Shown one piece after another: positions 58,701 to 64,000 of a stretch of 64,000 bases of DNA. This DNA comes from Nannocystis sp. RBIL2 (lineage in GTDB: Bacteria > Myxococcota_A > Polyangia > Nannocystales > Nannocystaceae), in the NCBI RefSeq assembly GCF_026626745.1, contig NZ_JAPNJW010000002.1, forward strand, positions 1,382,151-1,446,150. Direction: 5' to 3'. The position numbers and the translations under genes are program-made. How positions within the stretch are numbered: position 1 is the stretch's first letter; every line of letters begins with the position of its first letter. The notes below the pieces were generated by a model, which was not told where the DNA came from, made no database searches, and was given only the letters and a program-made list of their open reading frames with translations.

Positions 58701-59029
58701 CGGAGAAGCCCCCCGAGACGACGGCCGAAGTCCCAGAGCAGATCAAGCCCGACACCGTCGTTGCCGACGCCCGCGACAAGCTGCTGGCAGCCATCGGCGC
58801 CGAAGCCCAGCACCTCGCGGAGAAGTCCGCCGGCCAGGCATCCACCGCCCTGGCGGAGCTCGCACACGCCTTTGCCCTGGTGACCAGCCCCAACCCCGCA
58901 GCCGCCGGCTTCACCGCTGGTCGGCGATATGTGGAGGAGCTCGCCCCGCCTAACGGTTCTCCCATTGGCGATGACTACATCGTCATCGACGTGCCCAGGC
59001 CGGTCATCACCTACTATCCCCGTACCTGA
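58646..59029 (+). CDS. Leader-family small protein C (127 aa)
   Basis: Begins [15 protein letters not shown]. Its body, [27 protein letters not shown]..., recurs twice in protein D. Confidence 0.5.
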   Translation: [127 protein letters not shown]

Positions 59030-59325
59030 GGCCAGAACTGCGCCTGCGCAAGGCCGCGGCGGGCATGGCGAATCAGTCACCGCCCCAGAGCACGGGGCGG
59101 GATAAGAAGTCGCGGCCCCACTGGACTGCAGGTCGGGAACACCAACTACATGATCACCAAGGCCAAAGAACAGACCCGAGATCCGGGCCCGGAGCTGCGA
59201 GCCCGAGCCTGGTCATTCGGCGCGCAGCGCGTGACGGGAGGCATGGCGGGCGGCCTCGATCTGCACCGGCTCTGGGGAGCTGCCTTAGACGGTGGAGACG
59301 GACGCGCGCGCGCTCGCCGATGTAC

Positions 59326-59505
59326 TTCCGAATGAAGATGAATCCGGCGCCGGTGGGAGTATCAGTGCTCCGGCAAGGTCCCGTGAGCGGCTCGATTCCC
59401 CCCTGGCCTCACGCCTGTGTGAAACTCGACACAAGGAGACAGACACATGACTGACGTTAACTCCAAGGGCCCGGCCCCAATTCAGGTCCCGGTGGCCGAC
59501 AGCGC
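59326..59505 (+). repeat. Modular 5' element, copy D (core, 40-codon uORF, RBS, leader; hairpin absent)
   Basis: CGATGTACTTCCGAATGAAGATGAATCCGGCGCCGGTGGGAGTATCA...ACACAAGGAGACAGACACATGACTGACGTTAACTCCAAGGGCCCGGCCCCAATTCAGGTCCC. Confidence 0.7.
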
Positions 59506-60001
59506 GATCCCGGAGGCCGAGGGCGGCCCTGCGGCACCCACCTCGAACGCCGTCGCCGACGCCCGCGACAAGCTTCTGGCAGCCATTGGCGCCGAAGCCC
59601 AGCTCGTTGCGGAGAAGTCCGCCGGGGATGCGTCCAAGCCGCTCGCGGAACTTGCCCGCGCCTTCAACAATGTGACCATCAAGAACATGATCACCGGTAC
59701 GTCGCAAGCGGACGTCGCCCTGCTCGTGGTGCCTGCAGACCGGGGAGGATTCGAGGGCGCCTTCGCGCGTGAAACCCAAGTGAGGCTGTTGACGGCCATC
59801 GGCGGCGAAGCCCAGCACCTCGCGGAGAAGTCCGCCGGCCAGGCATCCACCGCCCTGGCGGAGCTCGCACACGCCTTTACGCTAGTAACCAGCCCCAGCC
59901 CCGCAGCCGCACGGATCGCGCTCGCGCCCGCAAGCGGCCTCACATTGATGAACGAAGTGGCGATCGACGGGAGTGTGACGGTCACGGTTAGATATCTCTG
60001 A
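59447..60001 (+). CDS. Leader-family mosaic protein D containing an EF1A-type GTPase fragment
   Basis: [37 protein letters not shown] matches the eukaryote/archaea EF1A motif ([26 protein letters not shown]..QTREH), not bacterial EF-Tu (NMITGAAQMDGAILVV). It is flanked by two copies of the protein-C-like segment. Confidence 0.5.
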   Translation: [184 protein letters not shown]

Positions 60002-60170
60002 GCGTTCGCCGGGGCGGCGTTCTTCGCGTCTGTCGCCCCCCGAAGGTCTTCGGCGACGGCGCAAAGATCGACATCCGCGACTGTGCGGACGTTCCTCGCC
60101 CCAGGCGAGCACCTCGTCAGCGCGCACCCCGGTCGGAGCGAGTTTGGCGCGGCTGGCGTATGCTTCGTAG

Positions 60171-60602
60171 ATGAACGGACCATGGTGGCTCGCGCTCGCA
60201 GCCGGACTCTTCGCCTGCGGTCCACACCCGCCGCCGAACGACGGCATGACGGACACCGGTACTAGCGCGGTCTCCACCATGGTTGAGCCGTCCTCACGGC
60301 TCGATCACCCGCAGCCCGACATGCTCCCCCCGCTGGACTGCAACGCGCGGCCGGAGGTCGCTCCGGACACTTTCTGTGATTACATCTGGAACGGCTTCGA
60401 CCCCGGAATTGTCTACGCTTGTTTAGATGGCGCCGACCCGGAACCCTGCCCGGACGCCAGTGCGCCTGAGATTTTGACGACTCTGGAAAGCTGCTTTCAG
60501 TGCTGGATCATCGACACTGTCGGGACGTGCGGGCCCGACCCCACCCGCGCGGATGCGTGCTGCTATTGGGCCCGCGGCTATTTGTACTGCCCGACCGGGT
60601 GA
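60171..60602 (+). CDS. Cysteine-rich lipoprotein
   Basis: Lipobox LFACG; 10 Cys. Confidence 0.55.
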   Translation: MNGPWWLALAAGLFACGPHPPPNDGMTDTGTSAVSTMVEPSSRLDHPQPDMLPPLDCNARPEVAPDTFCDYIWNGFDPGIVYACLDGADPEPCPDASAPEILTTLESCFQCWIIDTVGTCGPDPTRADACCYWARGYLYCPTG

Positions 60603-60689
60603 CGACGGGCGGCGTGTCCGCAGTCCCGCGGGCAGGCTCACGCGGGCTCACGCGGGCACACCGCTCCGCTCGCCGTGCCCCGTCGTGAC

Positions 60690-61010
60690 GGGCAGGTCGA
60701 CTTGCGCAAGGGCTTCGAGGGCCTCAGCGCGCTCGTGCAGCAGGCGCTGGGCAAGGATCCGCTGTCGGGGGCGTTGTACCTGTTCACGATTCGGCGGCGG
60801 ACGACGGCGAAGGTGCTGCCCCGCCTGGCGATGAGCCGGCGAAGAAGAAGACGGGGCACGGATGTTCGCTACCACGGACAGGAACGTGAGACGCCCGGCG
60901 AAAGGGGAAAGGGGCGCTCCGGAAACCGCGGCCTCATGTCGAGCGAGGCGCATGGCGCGGACGAGAGCGAACCGCCAGCGGACGCTGACCACGACGTATT
61001 CGTGGCGGCC
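60690..61010 (+). mobile_element. IS66 tnpB fragment plus flanking sequence, copy 2 of the segmental duplication
   Basis: Near-identical to 44215-44620. Confidence 0.5.
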
Positions 61011-61529
61011 GACCCTTCACCGTCGCTCTCACTCCCGCTGTCCGTGGCCGTCGTGGCTCGCCCGGCCTTACCTGATCGCCTACCTCGGTGACGAGGACCG
61101 AGCCGACCGCTACCTCGACCAAAAGCAGGCGCACTTCGCCTGCGTTGGCTATCCCCGCACACTCGAGGACCGGGCGCATGTTCTCTGCGACTCGGTCCTT
61201 CCGGTCGACGATACCTTCAGCAAACCCGGTATCCAGGGCAACCCTGCCGCAGCCAGGGAACACCATGCCGGCTGGAGCGCGGTGTTCGCCGGTGAACCTC
61301 CACCACCCGGGGCCGACCCGGCGTACTTCTTCGTGCACGAAGCCCTCGAGGCATGCCTGCCCCACGCATCCCCCGGCCTCGTCGAACGCCTCCGCAGTGG
61401 CTGGCAAGACGTCGCGGATGCCTTTCTTGACGAGGCCATCCACAAGACGAGCGAGGTCGGCGCTGTGCTCACCGGCGCAGGAGCGCCCGGCCGCCCCGCC
61501 TCGCCGAGCTGCTCGGCGCGCTCGCGCGG

Positions 61530-62330
61530 GTGATGGGCGACGGGGTGGTGCTGCGCGCGGTGACGACGCAGGGCACAGTCACCGCGAGCATGCCGCCGGC
61601 TGCGGTGGACAACCGGTTGCCACGCGCATCGCTGCCGCCGCTCGCGCGCCGCGAGGGGCGCGAGCTGTTCGACGTCCTGCGAGAGGCGTGGGCCCTCGCC
61701 ACGCGGGGTGCTCTCGCAGATGGACCGATCGAGTGCAGCGCGCTCGCGCGGGACACCGGCACGCTGGCCGCCGGGCCGCACGAGCCGCCGCCTGTCCCGT
61801 GCGAGCCCTTCGTGCTCCCGCCCGATCCGGCGCTGACTGACGCGCTCGCGGACATCGACACGAGCAACGAGGCCGGGCTCGCGGCGGTGCTCGTCCATCC
61901 CGACCCGCGGGCACGCGTCGCGCTGATCGACGACTGGGGCGACGTGCTCGGCCACGCGCCGACGTGGGCGCGGCTGCTGGCCGATCCGTCCCCCGCCGTG
62001 CGCGCTGCCGCCGTGCGCTGCAGCGACTGCCCGCTGCCGATGCCAGCGAGCGAGCGTCACCCCGGCGTCCGTGCGTCGTCAGAACAGGCGCACCCGTGGG
62101 AACTGGCGATGCTCGCGGACCCTTCCGGAGTCCGCCGTGCGCGCCGCGGTCGCGAGGAATCTCAAGGCTCCGTCCCGCGTGCTCTGCGAGCTCGCGCGAG
62201 ACCCGGTGGCCGAGGTCCGTCGCGCCGTGGCGTGGCCGCTCTGCCTGGCCGCGTTCTCGGGGTACCGCGGCGACGCGGCGGCCCGACGCGCCCTCGAGGC
62301 GCTGGCACGGGTGCGGCGGCCCGTCGTCGG
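61530..62330 (+). pseudogene. HEAT/PBS-lyase-repeat protein remnant, frameshifted
   Basis: LLADPSPAVRAAAVRC and DPVAEVRRAVAW repeats lie in two different frames and are followed by an IS fragment. Confidence 0.3.
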
Positions 62331-62480
62331 TATTCGCTGGGTCCTTCACATCGGCGCCAGGAGGCGCAAGGTCCCGGCCGAGTACGGCCGGTCCACGACT
62401 GCATGGCGCTGGTATGAGCATTGGTGCGTCGACGGCACATGGCAGCGGCTTGCCGCCACACCCCGGCCCCGCCGACCCCG
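62330..62480 (+). mobile_element. IS5-family (DUF4096) transposase N-terminal fragment
   Basis: IRWVLHIGARRRKVPAEYGRSTTAWRWYEHWCVDGTWQRL. Confidence 0.45.
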
Positions 62481-62924
62481 CGGCTGCGCGCGAGGTCGCA
62501 GCGCCCGTACACACCTCGCCGAAGTCGACGGGCTGAGCCGGGTGGGACGCGTCACGGTTGCCGCCAACGCCGGCCAGGAGGTGCTCACGCGGGCCGAGGC
62601 CGGCGCCTTCTCGCCGGCGATCGCCGCTGCGGCGCTGGCGCTCGGCACCATCGACCTCGAGCGTGGCCGCGGCGCCGAGCCGAGCGGCGATTGCACCCAC
62701 CCGAACGCGCTCTCGAGTCGCTTCATGGACGCGTCGCGGCGCAGCTTGCAAAGCTCTCCCGGCATGCAACAGTCATCCGGCACCGCAGGTGCGGTCATGC
62801 CGAGGGCGCGCGACATCATAGCCCGTGCTGTCCTGGCGACGCCGAGCCCGCCGGACGAGACCGCCGAGCCCGGCCGTCATGCGGAAGAGCGCGGCGAGCG
62901 CTTTGCTCGTCTCGGATTCGCGCG

Positions 62925-64000
62925 ATGACCTCGCCCCCTCCGTACACCATCACGGAGTCTCTCTCCCACGGCGGCAGAGCCGTTCTCTATCGCGCGATCA
63001 GGAACGCTGATGGCTGCGCGGTCGTCCTCAAGGTGCTCGATCCGCGGCGCCGCCGACCGCAGGACCTCGCGCAGCTCAAGCTCGAATACGAGATCGGAAC
63101 GCGGCTCGCCTCCCCGGCCGTCGTCAGGCCGCTCGCCCTCGAGACGTACCAGGGCATGCCGGCCCTCGTCCTGGAAGACTTCGGCGGAGAGGCACTCGAC
63201 GCCTCGCTCGGGGCACCGATGGCGGTGGACCGCTTTCTCTCGCTCGCGCTCGGCATCGCGGGGGCGGTCGCGGACGTTCACCGGCAGGGCGTCGTCCACA
63301 GGGACCTCAAGCCCGCCAACATCCTCGTCAACCCCGCGACGGGTGAGGTCAAGCTCGCCGACTTCGGGCTCGCGTCCCGCCTCCCGCGCGAGCATCAGCC
63401 CGTGTGCCTCATCGAGGGCTCGTTGCCCTACCTGTCGCCCGAACAGACGGGGCGAATGAACCGCGCGATCGACAACCGCGCCGATCTCTACTCTCTGGGC
63501 GTCACGTTCTATCAGATGCTCACCGGAGAGCTCCCCTTCGAGGCGAAGGATCCGGTGGAGTGGGTCCATTGTCACGTCGCCCGTGTTCCTCCGTCCCCTG
63601 CCGAGCTCGTCTCCGAAGTGCCCGAGCCCCTCGCGCGCGTCGTGCTGAAGCTCCTCGCCAAGATGCCCGAGGATCGCTACCAGAGCGCCGGCGGTCTCTC
63701 GGCCGATCTGGAGCGCTGTCGGATCCAGTGGCAGGCGTGCGGGCGGATCGAGCCGTTCCCGCTCGGTCGGGACGATGTTTCGGACCGCTTGCTGATCCCG
63801 CACAAGCTCTACGGGCGCGAGCGGGAGACCGCCGCGCTGCTGGCCGCTTTCGACGCCGTGGCCGCGACGGGCGCGCCGGCGCTGGTGACGGTGTCCGGCT
63901 ATTCGGGGGTAGGCAAGAGCGCCCTGGTCAATGCCTTGCACAAACCGATCGTGGAGAAGCGGGGATATTTCATCGCCGGCAAGTTTGACCAGTACAAGCG
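62925..64000 (+). CDS. Serine/threonine kinase fused to a AAA/NACHT-like ATPase (PknK-like), 3' end beyond window
   Basis: Open frame from ATG 62925 to the window edge, so not in the ORF track. YTITESLSHGGRAVLYRAIRNADGCAVVLKVL, HRDLKPANIL, DFGLA and APE-like motifs, then a P-loop GYSGVGKSAL. Confidence 0.8.
   Translation, partial: MTSPPPYTITESLSHGGRAVLYRAIRNADGCAVVLKVLDPRRRRPQDLAQLKLEYEIGTRLASPAVVRPLALETYQGMPALVLEDFGGEALDASLGAPMAVDRFLSLALGIAGAVADVHRQGVVHRDLKPANILVNPATGEVKLADFGLASRLPREHQPVCLIEGSLPYLSPEQTGRMNRAIDNRADLYSLGVTFYQMLTGELPFEAKDPVEWVHCHVARVPPSPAELVSEVPEPLARVVLKLLAKMPEDRYQSAGGLSADLERCRIQWQACGRIEPFPLGRDDVSDRLLIPHKLYGRERETAALLAAFDAVAATGAPALVTVSGYSGVGKSALVNALHKPIVEKRGYFIAGKFDQYK

Noticed and set aside
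54040-60005. Integron cassette array (attC) interpretation of the repeated element
   Set aside because: The element lies 5' of each ORF and carries its own RBS and leader codons. No GTTRRRY/RYYYAAC cores and no intI are present. The tyrosine recombinase at 20.3 kb is a phage-type integrase 34 kb away.
1-64000. tRNA, rRNA or tmRNA genes
   Set aside because: I scanned for T-loop (GGTTCGAATCC-like) and anticodon-stem signatures and for rRNA-like conserved blocks and found none. A covariance-model search (tRNAscan/Infernal) would be decisive.

Overview
This is a high-GC (about 70%) segment that I attribute to a myxobacterium (Myxococcota). The evidence is a MYXO-CTERM (GCGC, hydrophobic stretch, RRRRRR) sorting tail on a large metalloprotease, a Myxococcus cysteine-rich repeat (CGDGxxxxDExCDDxNxxxxDGC) in a lipoprotein, Hanks-type Ser/Thr kinases, ECF sigma factors and many lipobox lipoproteins.

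Layout, left to right:
- 1-7.5 kb: a partial aryl-polyene / flexirubin-type lipid cluster on the minus strand. It encodes a 4HBT thioesterase, a MIO ammonia-lyase, an LpxL-like acyltransferase, a GT2, an AMP-ligase fused to a hotdog dehydratase, a membrane protein and an ACP, with a divergent fabG. Start/stop codons overlap (GTGA, ATGA) between neighbours, and the KS/CLF genes lie off-window.
- 7.5-20 kb: chromosomal-looking genes (M16 peptidase, S41 peptidase, SDRs, an XRE/DUF2975 pair, Zn-ribbon proteins). This region is heavily seeded with a short palindromic repeat family, GGACATGTCC and CTGTCC-N4-GGACAG, that sits in intergenic DNA and also in frame inside coding regions.
- ~20.28 kb: a tyrosine integrase abuts a 5'-truncated TetR gene at a 14-bp perfect palindrome. 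I read this as an integration junction.
- 20.3-64 kb: a mosaic accessory region. It holds an M36 fungalysin-like protease with a PA domain and MYXO-CTERM, a PAS-PAS-STAS sensor, paralogous Cys-rich and beta-propeller lipoproteins with duplicated 5' modules, an ECF sigma with a membrane-spanning C-terminal extension, two Ser/Thr kinases, a MACPF-like/jacalin protein, a SUKH (SMI1/KNR4) immunity-like gene, an OsmC protein, and many IS66 and IS5-family relics including a segmental duplication.
- 54-60 kb: the most unusual feature. Four copies of a modular 5' element (a GC hairpin, the core CGATGTAATTCCGAATGAAGATGA, a small upstream ORF starting MKMNP, a strong RBS and an 18-codon conserved leader [15 protein letters not shown]) are each fused to a different body. 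The bodies are a ribosomal protein S1 domain-1 fragment, a small protein, a mosaic protein carrying an EF1A-type (eukaryote/archaea-like) GTPase fragment, and a GSCFA/WcbI/GT4 polysaccharide-modification operon.

I found no rRNA, tRNA or CRISPR. Everything here is read from the sequence by eye; no similarity searches were run, and coordinates of starts are approximate where stated.
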